Shown one piece after another: positions 49,240 to 58,296 of a DNA stretch of 64,000 nt. The stretch is from positions 52,658-116,657 of the forward strand of contig JAGCGK010000124.1 of assembly GCA_017649645.1 (NCBI GenBank), given 5' to 3'. Each line of letters begins with the position of its first letter. Positions within the stretch are counted from its first letter, which is position 1. Below the pieces are notes generated by a model. It made no database searches and was not told the DNA's origin. It saw only the letters and a list, made by a program, of their open reading frames with translations. The translations under genes and the position numbers were made by a program. This stretch comes from Clostridiales bacterium. GTDB taxonomy: Bacteria; Bacillota; Clostridia; Saccharofermentanales; Saccharofermentanaceae.

Positions 49240-50756
49240 AAGTTCTCCTCCATTACGGCAACAGCTTCCGAAGCAACTACCGCATCCTCAAAATATTCTC
49301 TGCGGCCGTCTTCGAATTCCTGATAGTCTTCGTGGCCTTTGCCCGCAATGATCACAAAATCGCCCTTCTGCGCCATCTTAAGTGCCTTGGCGATCGCCGT
49401 TCTTCTGTCGGGCTCTATCTCGAACTTACCTTCTGTTTTCTTCATTCCCACAACGATATCGTTGATGATATCCATCGGCTCTTCGTTTCTCGGATTATCG
49501 GAAGTGATGATGGTATAGTCGGCAAAGTTACCTGACACCTCACCCATCTCAAAACGTCTTACCTTGCTCCTGTTTCCGCCGCATCCGAAGAGCGATATGA
49601 TCTTTCCCTTACAGTATGGTCTTACGGACTTAAGAACGCTTTCAAGGCTTGCGGCATTGTGAGCATAATCAACAAGTACCGAGATGCCCATGTTGTTCTT
49701 AACAGGCTGCATCCTTCCGGGAACTTTCACCTCTGAAAGCGCGTTTTTAACGACCTCGAAATCGATCTTCAATACCCCTGCCACGCAGATAGCGCAAAGT
49801 GCGTTGTAGACATTGAATTCACCCGGGATGGATACGAAGACTTCACCCTCATACCAAGGGCTCTGAAGTTCGAATTTTGTTCCTACGACTCCGTTTCTCA
49901 TAGTGATCTCGATGCCTGTTGCATAGCAGTCACTCTTATCCGTAAGTCCGTAGGTATATGTAGTGCATCTTTTTGATGCATAATCGAAAACTCTTCCCGC
50001 CTCATTGCAGTCGCTGTTTACGACAGCGATCCTGGAGTTGTCGAAAAGTTTGAGTTTGCTCTGAAAATAATCTTCGAGATCAGGATGATCTTCAGGACCG
50101 ATATGATCTTCGAAAAAGTTGGTAAAGCATCCCACGTCAAAACGAAGTCCGAAGACTCTGTTGAACTTAAGTCCGTGGGAAGAAACTTCCATAACGCAGC
50201 TGTCTGTCTTTTTAACAGCCATCTCGTTAAGGATCCTGTAGATATCAAGTGATTCAGGAGTTGTTCTGCATGTTGCCTGCTTTTCACCGTTGATGATGTT
50301 GCAGACTGTTCCGATAAGTCCTGCCTTCTCCTCATCATGCTTCAAGATCTCATAGACCATGAAAGCGGTCGTTGTCTTACCTTTTGTACCGGTAATGCCG
50401 AGAAGGTTAAGACGGTCCTCAGGATGACCGTAGAATTGAGCGCAGAGCCTGGCTATCGCTACTCTGGTATCCTCCATCTCGATGACGGTCGCATTGTAAT
50501 CTTTGGAATTCTCTATTATCTCCTCATCGGAAAAGCCTTTTCTCCTGCTGTCAACGACTATACAGGAAGCACCCGTCTCGCACGCTCTGTAGATATAATC
50601 ATGACCGTCGCTCTTAGCTCCGGTTATCGCTACAAAAAGGCTTCCTGCACCGACCTTGCGGGAGTCGTTTTCGATAGAAACGACACGAGAAGATAAAGAA
50701 CCTTTTATAAGTCTATATTCAACACCGTTAAGCAACGTAGACAACAGCATTGCCAT
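49236..50756 (-). CDS. murE: UDP-MurNAc-dipeptide--meso-DAP ligase
   Basis: GITGTKGKTT, EVSSH, DYAHN, SDNPR (DAP-type), AGKGHE. Confidence 0.96.
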   Translation of the reverse strand: MAMLLSTLLNGVEYRLIKGSLSSRVVSIENDSRKVGAGSLFVAITGAKSDGHDYIYRACETGASCIVVDSRRKGFSDEEIIENSKDYNATVIEMEDTRVAIARLCAQFYGHPEDRLNLLGITGTKGKTTTAFMVYEILKHDEEKAGLIGTVCNIINGEKQATCRTTPESLDIYRILNEMAVKKTDSCVMEVSSHGLKFNRVFGLRFDVGCFTNFFEDHIGPEDHPDLEDYFQSKLKLFDNSRIAVVNSDCNEAGRVFDYASKRCTTYTYGLTDKSDCYATGIEITMRNGVVGTKFELQSPWYEGEVFVSIPGEFNVYNALCAICVAGVLKIDFEVVKNALSEVKVPGRMQPVKNNMGISVLVDYAHNAASLESVLKSVRPYCKGKIISLFGCGGNRSKVRRFEMGEVSGNFADYTIITSDNPRNEEPMDIINDIVVGMKKTEGKFEIEPDRRTAIAKALKMAQKGDFVIIAGKGHEDYQEFEDGRREYFEDAVVASEAVAVMEENL

Positions 50757-50848
50757 TAATACACGTCCCCCATATCACACAAATACATTTATTATAATAT
50801 AAACGCGGGATAATTCGTTTCTCCAATATCCCCAAATTTCAAATAATC

Positions 50849-53203
50849 TTAACCCTCATTTTGAGCAGTGTCTTCCGATTCCCCCTCTTCCTCTGCCGGC
50901 GTAGGAGTCGGCTCAGAAGGATCTTGGAGAGTAACCGTAACTATCTCACCTGCCAGAAGCTGGGTTCCCACATCTTTGGACTGGGCTACACAGACGCCCT
51001 TTACATCGCCTTCGATGTTACAGTTGAGGTTCATATCCTTCAAGGTCTGCATACATTCTACGGCATTTTTACCGCTAAGTTGCGGCACTGTCGTATGAAG
51101 CATATCTTCCTCAGTTGCATTCTCAGGATAAAGGATAACTATACCCGTGCTGTACAAAGTTGCCTCAGTACCAGGATATGTAAATCCGACGATCGTATCA
51201 GGAGTCATATCAGGAGTAGCATTGATAGTCTTGATCCCGTTAGGACCGATGGTGGAGCTTGCCTGGGATACAGGCATTCCCACTACAGGCTGAACATAAT
51301 ACTTGATGAGCATCTTGTCATATTCTTTCTCATCGAAGATCCTCTCTACACCCATGTAGGAGAGCGTTCCCTGAACAACCTGAGCAGCATAGGAAGCCGC
51401 AACAGATGAACCTACCGATCTGTCTTCAGGCTTATTCAAAACGAAGAGAACTGCGATCTGCGGATCATATGAAGGAGCGTAGCAGGAGAATGACAAAACG
51501 TGCATACCCTTTTCTTCACCGGCATCGATAGTTGATGTAGATGTCTTACCTGCAACTGAGTAACCCGGAACCTGACCTGCTGTACCTGTACCGTCTTTAA
51601 CAACCTGCTCCATGAGCGCACGGACTCTCGCACAAGTCTCATCTGAGAATATGGTTCTTATGACTTCAGGCTCGATCTCATCAACGATATTACCCTCAGA
51701 ATCAGTTACGTATTTAACGATATGAGGAACCATAAGATCTCCGCCGTTGATGATAGCGCAATAAGCGTTTATGAGCTGGATAGGTGTAACCGTCGCGGAC
51801 TCACCGAACGACAGACAAGCCATATCGACAAGGCTCGGATCCGTATGGAAGATACCTACTCCCTCAGCAGGAAGATCGATACCCGTTGGCTCGTAGAAAC
51901 CGAATGTATGAACGTAATCGTAGTACTTGTTAAGTCCGATGGTATATGCCATCTGAACGAATACCGGGTTACAGGACTGCTGGAAACCTTCAGCCAAAGT
52001 CTCCGTACCGTGGTTATATCCGTATGATTTCTGCATCCAGCAGGAGATCGTATCGATATCCGTTACCTGGATAGGAGCATCACTGAACATATCATCTTCT
52101 TTGTAGAGGTTTTCTTCAAAAGCGATAGCCGTCGTAAGAGACTTAAATGTTGAACCAGGCTCGTATGTATCGGATATACATCTGTTACGCCATACATCAC
52201 CGATAAGATATTCAACCTTCTCATCTTCAGTCATCTTGTTCCAGTCGAATTCCTGCATTCCGTATGGCATGCCGTACGGATCATTAAGGTCATAGTCAGG
52301 CATGGATGCCATGGCAAGAACCGCACCCGTATTAGGATTCATAACGATACAGCAGCATCCCTCTCTAGGAGCATATTTATCGTAAGCATCACGGCATGCT
52401 TCCTCAGCGATCTGCTGGATATTTACGTCGATATTAAGAATAATGCTCTTGCCGTCTACAGGATCTGCAACTACAGGAGCAGCATACGGAAGAACGCCTT
52501 CCGTTCTCGCATCTACCTCAGCATATCTGTAGCCGTCATAACCTGAAAGAAGGTCGTTATAATATGCTTCTAGACCGATGATTCCGTTAAGTCCGTCACC
52601 GTTATTTTTGGCATAACCGAGGATCTGAGAAGCAAAGTTTCCATAGTTATAATATCTCTGAGGAACAGCTACGAAAGTAATGCCTCCTATATCGTGTTCC
52701 TTGATGTACTTAACAAGGATCTCTTTTTTCTCGGCAGAAATATTACGGCATACATCCTTACCGCCGAGTTTTACGAGAGGATCACCGGTATCAGTCGGAT
52801 CTATCGGAATTGATTCTTCGAGTTTTTGTCTGTCGATCTCAAGTACGGAAACAAAGTAATCGATGATCTCATCACGGGATACTTTCTTGCTTGCATCATC
52901 AGGATCACTTACGACATTTTTCGGCGTACATACCATCGTGTAGTCATAAGTATTGGATGCGAGCTGATAACCGTTCGCATCGTAGATCAATCCTCTTTCT
53001 GCCGAATACGTAAGAAATTTCCACTGTGTCTCACCTGCAGCCTTGGCGTGAACATCATGTTCCCTTACCGAGACTACATAAAGATTAAAGATGAGATAGA
53101 ACCCGAATATTGTCAAAAGTCCCCAAGCTATGCAAAGCATGACCTTGGAAGACTTTTCATTATATCTGCCTGTATTTTCCATACCTTCTGACCTGCCCGT
53201 CAA
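50849..53203 (-). CDS. Class B penicillin-binding protein (FtsI/SpoVD-like) with PASTA domains
   Basis: RGLIYD, YEPGSTFK (SxxK), SCN (SxN), third motif reads KTS. Confidence 0.92.
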   Translation of the reverse strand: MTGRSEGMENTGRYNEKSSKVMLCIAWGLLTIFGFYLIFNLYVVSVREHDVHAKAAGETQWKFLTYSAERGLIYDANGYQLASNTYDYTMVCTPKNVVSDPDDASKKVSRDEIIDYFVSVLEIDRQKLEESIPIDPTDTGDPLVKLGGKDVCRNISAEKKEILVKYIKEHDIGGITFVAVPQRYYNYGNFASQILGYAKNNGDGLNGIIGLEAYYNDLLSGYDGYRYAEVDARTEGVLPYAAPVVADPVDGKSIILNIDVNIQQIAEEACRDAYDKYAPREGCCCIVMNPNTGAVLAMASMPDYDLNDPYGMPYGMQEFDWNKMTEDEKVEYLIGDVWRNRCISDTYEPGSTFKSLTTAIAFEENLYKEDDMFSDAPIQVTDIDTISCWMQKSYGYNHGTETLAEGFQQSCNPVFVQMAYTIGLNKYYDYVHTFGFYEPTGIDLPAEGVGIFHTDPSLVDMACLSFGESATVTPIQLINAYCAIINGGDLMVPHIVKYVTDSEGNIVDEIEPEVIRTIFSDETCARVRALMEQVVKDGTGTAGQVPGYSVAGKTSTSTIDAGEEKGMHVLSFSCYAPSYDPQIAVLFVLNKPEDRSVGSSVAASYAAQVVQGTLSYMGVERIFDEKEYDKMLIKYYVQPVVGMPVSQASSTIGPNGIKTINATPDMTPDTIVGFTYPGTEATLYSTGIVILYPENATEEDMLHTTVPQLSGKNAVECMQTLKDMNLNCNIEGDVKGVCVAQSKDVGTQLLAGEIVTVTLQDPSEPTPTPAEEEGESEDTAQNEG

Positions 53204-53856
53204 TTATTTTCCGATCCCTTGTCGTGGTAATATTCCACGAGTTTCTTCACAGCTGCCTCAACTTCATTAACATCAACTCTGTCTGAGTCTCCGGCAGCAA
53301 CGGATACGAGTCTGTCAGAACCCGGCATAGGTATATTTACGATCTGGTTAGCATTAGGATCCTGCATACCGAGAGCCATAGCCTGTGCTCTGATGCTGTC
53401 CATATCAGTAACACCGTTTGACTCACCCTTTGCATCAAGGATCTCCTTCTTAAGTTCGGAGATCTCATCCTTCTTATCTGAATTGTCACGGCTGAGCTCG
53501 GAAAGTTCTGCCTGAGGATAGAGAACAAGCGCAAAGAAAACACCTACCAAAGAGATAATGAGAACAGCAAATATAGTCTGCATGGTCCTCTTTCTGTTTC
53601 TTCTGGAAAGCTTCTTTCTCGCCTCTGTATCGAGCTTATTGCCGGCCTTGTGGTTCTTATTAAAATCTGAGGTACGTGACATAACCTCGTCCTGAGAATA
53701 ATATCCCTTCTCAACAAGAGTCATCTTTCCGTCCTTATAATGATATTCAGGCTTATCTTCGGAAAGGATGCTCTCTATGTCTAATTCCTCATCAACATAC
53801 ATATCAAGAGCATAATCTTGATGTCTCTCCGCCTTCTTAGCCACGTTACCCTCCAA
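53200..53856 (-). CDS. ftsL: FtsL-like cell division protein
   Basis: One TM, coiled coil, AMALGM; between rsmH and PBP. Confidence 0.7.
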   Translation of the reverse strand: MEGNVAKKAERHQDYALDMYVDEELDIESILSEDKPEYHYKDGKMTLVEKGYYSQDEVMSRTSDFNKNHKAGNKLDTEARKKLSRRNRKRTMQTIFAVLIISLVGVFFALVLYPQAELSELSRDNSDKKDEISELKKEILDAKGESNGVTDMDSIRAQAMALGMQDPNANQIVNIPMPGSDRLVSVAAGDSDRVDVNEVEAAVKKLVEYYHDKGSENN

Positions 53857-54810
53857 TTACTTCACTTCTGTTTTCTCGAAAACACGGAGCTTGCAGCAAT
53901 GTGCTCTCGAATTGTTTTTTATTTCTTCTTCGCAAGCCGTAATAGGCTTATTTGTTATTACTTTTCCAAGACTTACCTTTCCGCACACACAAACCGGAAA
54001 ATTCTTTGGACAAGTACACGGAGAAGCATGCTCTCTGAACTTTTCTTTTACGATCCTGTCCTCGAGCGAATGGAAGGATATTACTGCCATCCTTCCTCCG
54101 TCCTTAAGAAGCTTAGGTCCCACATCCAAAAGCCTCTCGACAGATTCAAGTTCGTGATTCACTTCGATCCTTATGGCCTGGAAGCATCTTCTGGCCGGAT
54201 GCTGGTCTTCGTTCCTGGCCTTACCCGGTACATAAGAAGCGATCTTACTTGCCAATTCAACAGTTCTTGTAAAAGGTTCTTTTTCTCTGTCTCTTACGAT
54301 CCCTGCTGCGATCCTTCCTGCGAATCTCTCTTCTCCGTAGAGACGGAATATTCTTGTAAGGTCTGTCTCTGAATAAGTGTTTACGACCACTGAAGCATCA
54401 AGTTCCTGTGTCGTATCCATCCTCATATCAAGAGGACCGTCCTTGGCATAAGAGAAACCTCTCTCATCCGTATCGATCTGGTGAGAAGAAACACCGAGAT
54501 CAGCAAGAATTCCGTCTACCTTTTCAAGGTTCAATTCTTCCAAGACTTCATCGATCTTAGAAAAATCAGATTTGACTATCTTCCAGTTAGCTTTGCCTTC
54601 TGCTTTTCTGCGGCATGTGGCAAGTGCTTCGTCATCCTTATCAAGAGAGATAAGAAGACCCGCGGAAGAAAGTCTTTGCAGGATACCCACGCTGTGTCCT
54701 CCGCCACCTGCCGTACAGTCTACGTAGACGCCCGAAGGCTTGATGCACAGAGCATCCATACATTCATTAAATAAAACGGGAATATGTGTAAAATCAGAGT
54801 CCTTCAACAT
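53857..54810 (-). CDS. rsmH: 16S rRNA m4C1402 methyltransferase
   Basis: HIPVL, DCTAGGGGHS, DLGVSS, PLDMRMD, FHSLEDR. Confidence 0.97.
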   Translation of the reverse strand: MLKDSDFTHIPVLFNECMDALCIKPSGVYVDCTAGGGGHSVGILQRLSSAGLLISLDKDDEALATCRRKAEGKANWKIVKSDFSKIDEVLEELNLEKVDGILADLGVSSHQIDTDERGFSYAKDGPLDMRMDTTQELDASVVVNTYSETDLTRIFRLYGEERFAGRIAAGIVRDREKEPFTRTVELASKIASYVPGKARNEDQHPARRCFQAIRIEVNHELESVERLLDVGPKLLKDGGRMAVISFHSLEDRIVKEKFREHASPCTCPKNFPVCVCGKVSLGKVITNKPITACEEEIKNNSRAHCCKLRVFEKTEVK

Positions 54811-55225
54811 AATACTTCTGATCCAAGCCGACAAGCTGACTGATATCTACAGTGTTGCCTTCGTAATGAGCCTTGGTACAGATCTCGATCTTATCCAAAA
54901 CATCAGTTACGCAGATCTCATCGCCCGGCTTAGCACCGATCTTTTCCCACAATTCACTTGTAAGACTGATCCTGCCCTGTGAATCAGGAACGATCTCCAA
55001 AGATTCACCGATCAATGCTCTTGCCAATGCTCTGATCACAGGATCCATAGAATTGTTCTTTCTGAACTGATCCTTGATCTTCTCGAAATCAGCAACTGTG
55101 TAGAGACAGAGATATCCGGGATCGAGGCTAATTGTCGCAACCAAACCGTCACCAAACTTATTCTTAAGCTTAGCCGGGATGATAAATCTGCCTTTGCCAT
55201 CGATTTTCTTGATATCGCGTGCCAC
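54794..55225 (-). CDS. mraZ: Transcriptional regulator MraZ
   Basis: IDGKGRFIIP and DSQGRI repeats; first gene of dcw cluster. Confidence 0.9.
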   Translation of the reverse strand: MARDIKKIDGKGRFIIPAKLKNKFGDGLVATISLDPGYLCLYTVADFEKIKDQFRKNNSMDPVIRALARALIGESLEIVPDSQGRISLTSELWEKIGAKPGDEICVTDVLDKIEICTKAHYEGNTVDISQLVGLDQKYYVEGL

Positions 55226-55269
55226 TTCTAACTCCTGTTTTATTCAATCGGGAAGATTTCCGGGATATT

Positions 55270-55353
55270 CTCCACTTTTCTCCCCCAAATGGGATATTTT
55301 CTCCCATTTCCTCCACATGTGTACATTTTATTAGTAAATCATGGCATTTGCAA
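55270..55353 (-). promoter_or_regulatory. dcw promoter with MraZ-binding repeats
   Basis: -35 TTGCAA (55353-55348), 17 bp, -10 TAAAAT (55330-55325); GTGGAG-like hexamers at 55311, 55301, 55280 and 55270, in pairs with 10-bp period. Confidence 0.75.
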
Positions 55354-55470
55354 TAGAATTTTCAAAAAAAGTTTAATATTTTTGTAACATTCGCAAGATT
55401 TATTACAAAACCGGTTTTGATAGCTCGAAAAGGTCCTTTGAAGCGAGATTTTTCGAGAAAAAGGCAAAAG

Positions 55471-55498
55471 AAAAAGGCCGCCACTTATGTGACAACCT
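55471..55498 (-). terminator. Intrinsic terminator of PadR operon
   Basis: AGGTTGTCAC-ATAA-GTGGCGGCCT then TTTT. Confidence 0.65.
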
Positions 55499-55524
55499 CT
55501 TCCTTTTCTATGAGTCTTCCCTCG

Positions 55525-55923
55525 TCAGTTTTCTGTTGCTTCTGTCTCGTCTACATGTACGCCTGAGTTATCGATGGTGACATCTGTTGTGTCATTCTTT
55601 ACAACAACTCCGTTCTTGTCTATTACGACCTTATCGTCTTCGTCGCCTACGAAGATACCTTCCTTATCGATGGAGATCACGTCGTCTCCGTCAACGATGT
55701 GAATACCGCTGTTATCGATCTTGACGTAATCACTGTTGAAATCACTGAAACTGAAATGAGTGATGTCATGACCTTTTTCCTTGAACCATCCCTTGATGTC
55801 GTGCCAGTCTTCAGACTCGCCGAATGTTCTGAGTGCCGATACACCGGCAACGCTCTTGAAGATCAGCGCCAAGACAAGCGCCGAAATTCCGACTATGAGG
55901 ATTACAATATCTCTTTTTTTCAT
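55525..55923 (-). CDS. Membrane-anchored protein with IDxxG beta-hairpin repeats
   Basis: N-terminal TM; IDNSG, IDKEG, IDKNG, IDNSG at ~16-aa period. Confidence 0.65.
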   Translation of the reverse strand: MKKRDIVILIVGISALVLALIFKSVAGVSALRTFGESEDWHDIKGWFKEKGHDITHFSFSDFNSDYVKIDNSGIHIVDGDDVISIDKEGIFVGDEDDKVVIDKNGVVVKNDTTDVTIDNSGVHVDETEATEN

Positions 55924-55926
55924 TTA

Positions 55927-56490
55927 TCAGAACCCCCTTGTCCAAAGCTTTCTGTTGAACCTGATGAACTTCCTGCCGGCTGCGATCAAAAGCCTTATTC
56001 CGAAGTACAAAAGGCATCCGAGGAATATTACGTAGAAGATGGAACCGATCTGGTTCATGAGAGCTGCAAATCTGTAGTCTCCATAGTGTCCGAGATTCGT
56101 GATCCTTATAACAAATAAGCCGCTGCTTGCAATGATCTTTGTAGCAATACCTATGTCAAACCAGATCCAAGCGAAAGTGATCGGAACTGCTACACAGCAG
56201 ATAGCGATCGAAAACACCTTAGCCCATACCGAACTCTTCTTCTTCGGTTCCTTTTCCTTAAGGACCTGAGGAAGCTTATATGGTGTGCAGTTGATATATG
56301 ACTTGGCAAGTTCATGAACATCACCGAGATCGTCGGATATCTGTTCTTCAGTCTTGCCTTCCTGTTTTGCCATCTCAAAATGAGCATCGATCTCGTCTGT
56401 TATCTCTTTTACATCGTTATAAGGCAACGAACCGAGTTCTTTACTCAGAAGATCTAAATATTCTTTCTTATTCAAGGTCTTGCCCTCCAA
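55927..56490 (-). CDS. DUF1700/HAAS-domain membrane protein
   Basis: NKKEYLDLLSKEL...HFEMAKQEGKTEEQISDDLG; follows PadR. Confidence 0.85.
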   Translation of the reverse strand: MEGKTLNKKEYLDLLSKELGSLPYNDVKEITDEIDAHFEMAKQEGKTEEQISDDLGDVHELAKSYINCTPYKLPQVLKEKEPKKKSSVWAKVFSIAICCVAVPITFAWIWFDIGIATKIIASSGLFVIRITNLGHYGDYRFAALMNQIGSIFYVIFLGCLLYFGIRLLIAAGRKFIRFNRKLWTRGF

Positions 56491-56788
56491 TTATTCCGGT
56501 AACTACTTTGTTAAACTCTTCCCAATCTTTAATGTACTCATCCAGTGTCGCCTTACCTGATTCTGTCAGATGATAGTATTTTCTCGGCGGGCCGTTCTGG
56601 GATTCCATAAGATAGGTACTGACCATTCCGTCTGCCGCCAGCTTACGAAGGATCGGATAGACCGTGCCGTCTGCGAGCTTGATCTTCTTGGAAAGAGAAT
56701 CAGCTATATCGTATCCGTAACTGTCCTTCTCACGAAGCATCGCGAGCACACACATATCCAAAACACCTTTTTTGAACTGTATGTTCAT
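56468..56788 (-). CDS. PadR family transcriptional regulator
   Basis: QFKKGVLD, SYGY, GTVYPILR, GPPRKYY. Confidence 0.94.
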   Translation of the reverse strand: MNIQFKKGVLDMCVLAMLREKDSYGYDIADSLSKKIKLADGTVYPILRKLAADGMVSTYLMESQNGPPRKYYHLTESGKATLDEYIKDWEEFNKVVTGIIGGQDLE

Positions 56789-56804
56789 TATGTACCTCCT
56801 TCAC

Positions 56805-56860
56805 TAGTTTTATTCTTACAGTACTGAATATAGCACACTACTGTTTATTGTTCAATACTG
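56805..56860. promoter_or_regulatory. padR promoter with chained TACTG-N9-CAGTA-like operators
   Basis: -35 TTGAAC (56855-56850), 17 bp, extended -10 TGcTATATT; imperfect palindromes starting at 56805, 56822 and 56839. Confidence 0.6.
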
Positions 56861-56899
56861 AATTTTAAATAATTCTTGAACAGTGGTAGAATGGTCATC

Positions 56900-57172
56900 A
56901 TGAAATACTTGGTTATATATTTGATCGTTATTAATATATTGACCTTTATCGTATACGGGATCGATAAGGCAGCTGCGAAGGCACACAAAAGAAGGGTTCG
57001 TATCTCTACGCTCCTTTTACTTGCCGCTATCGGCGGATCTTTGGGTGCTTTACTCGGGATGTCTATATTCAGGCACAAGACCAAAAAGTGGTACTTCGTC
57101 TTCCCTGTACCGCTCATGCTCGTGGCTCAGGCCGTGATCATAGTTATTGTATATTATTTCTTTTTACGTTGA
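56900..57172 (+). CDS. DUF1294 membrane protein
   Basis: YGIDKAAA...RVRISTL...GGSLGA...FRHKTKK; start uncertain (56891 or 56900); TGGTAGAAT ends 7 nt before the 56900 ATG with no RBS, so possibly leaderless. Confidence 0.85.
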   Translation: MKYLVIYLIVINILTFIVYGIDKAAAKAHKRRVRISTLLLLAAIGGSLGALLGMSIFRHKTKKWYFVFPVPLMLVAQAVIIVIVYYFFLR

Positions 57173-58294
57173 GATCTTACGGTCCATCGAGATATTCAGT
57201 ATTATTCCGAAGGATATGTAGTTAACCATCATCGCGGTACCTCCCAGACTAATGAACGGGAGCGGGATACCCGTAACAGGAAGAAGTCCAACGGACATAC
57301 CCATATTCTCGATAAAGTGGAAAGCAAAAGCTGCCGTAAGGCCGATTACCGTGTAGGAATAAGCTTTACGGTTTGATCTGGCCGCGACGTAGATACTGCG
57401 GCACAGGAAGAAAAATGCGAGAAGAAGGACTGCCGTCGTTCCGATAAATCCGAGGTGCTCGGATACAGCCGAATAGATAAAGTCCGACTCTTTAACTGGC
57501 ACTCGGACAAACACGCCCGTGTGATTTCCTGCAAGTCCTCCGGATGCGATGGCCGCCTTTGACTGAACAAGGTTATACTCACCTCTGATATCTGTTCCCT
57601 CGAAAACGAGAGACAATATCCTCTTTTTCTGGTAAGCCTTAAGATAAAAGTTCCAGATGAACGGGATACCGATAACGATTACCGCAGAGATCGCGAGAAG
57701 GAAGTATCTGTATTTAACTCCCCACACAAAGAGGATACATACGAACGAGAACGCAATAACCATTGCAGTTCCCAGGTCAGGCTGATTAAGGATAAGGAGC
57801 ATCGGCGGTCCGTAAACGAGAGCCAAAAGTCCGAAGCCCTTAAGAAGGCTTATCTCTTTTTCTCCCATCATCTCGAAAATATTCGATGCCACCATTACAA
57901 GTCCGATCTTCGCCAACTCCGAGGGCTGGAACATTCCGATTACAGGGATACTGAGCCATGAGTCCGCACCCCACTTATCTACGTTCGAGAAGCCGTCTAT
58001 AGGGACGAGTATCAAAAGGAACAATGCCGCGGCGTAGATGGCCCAGCCGACGAGTTTCATGAAGTGCGTATCCAAAAGGCAGATGACGAGCGTGATCATG
58101 AGACCCAAGCCCGCAGCAAATATCTGCTTATAAAGATTGTTCGGATAGTCTTCGAAACCCGATGATAATACTTTACTTAAAACGTATATTCCGATAACGG
58201 TAAGCAGGAAAACAGGAACGATGAGATAATAATCTACCGTTCTGAGGTAATTGTTATTTCTTAACCTCTCTATTCCTGACTTGCCTTTTTCCAT
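57164..58294 (-). CDS. rodA: SEDS protein RodA
   Basis: FQPSELAK, QPDLGT, YQKKR, SDFIYS, TGIPLPFISLGG. Confidence 0.85.
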   Translation of the reverse strand: MEKGKSGIERLRNNNYLRTVDYYLIVPVFLLTVIGIYVLSKVLSSGFEDYPNNLYKQIFAAGLGLMITLVICLLDTHFMKLVGWAIYAAALFLLILVPIDGFSNVDKWGADSWLSIPVIGMFQPSELAKIGLVMVASNIFEMMGEKEISLLKGFGLLALVYGPPMLLILNQPDLGTAMVIAFSFVCILFVWGVKYRYFLLAISAVIVIGIPFIWNFYLKAYQKKRILSLVFEGTDIRGEYNLVQSKAAIASGGLAGNHTGVFVRVPVKESDFIYSAVSEHLGFIGTTAVLLLAFFFLCRSIYVAARSNRKAYSYTVIGLTAAFAFHFIENMGMSVGLLPVTGIPLPFISLGGTAMMVNYISFGIILNISMDRKIST

Positions 58295-58296
58295 TA

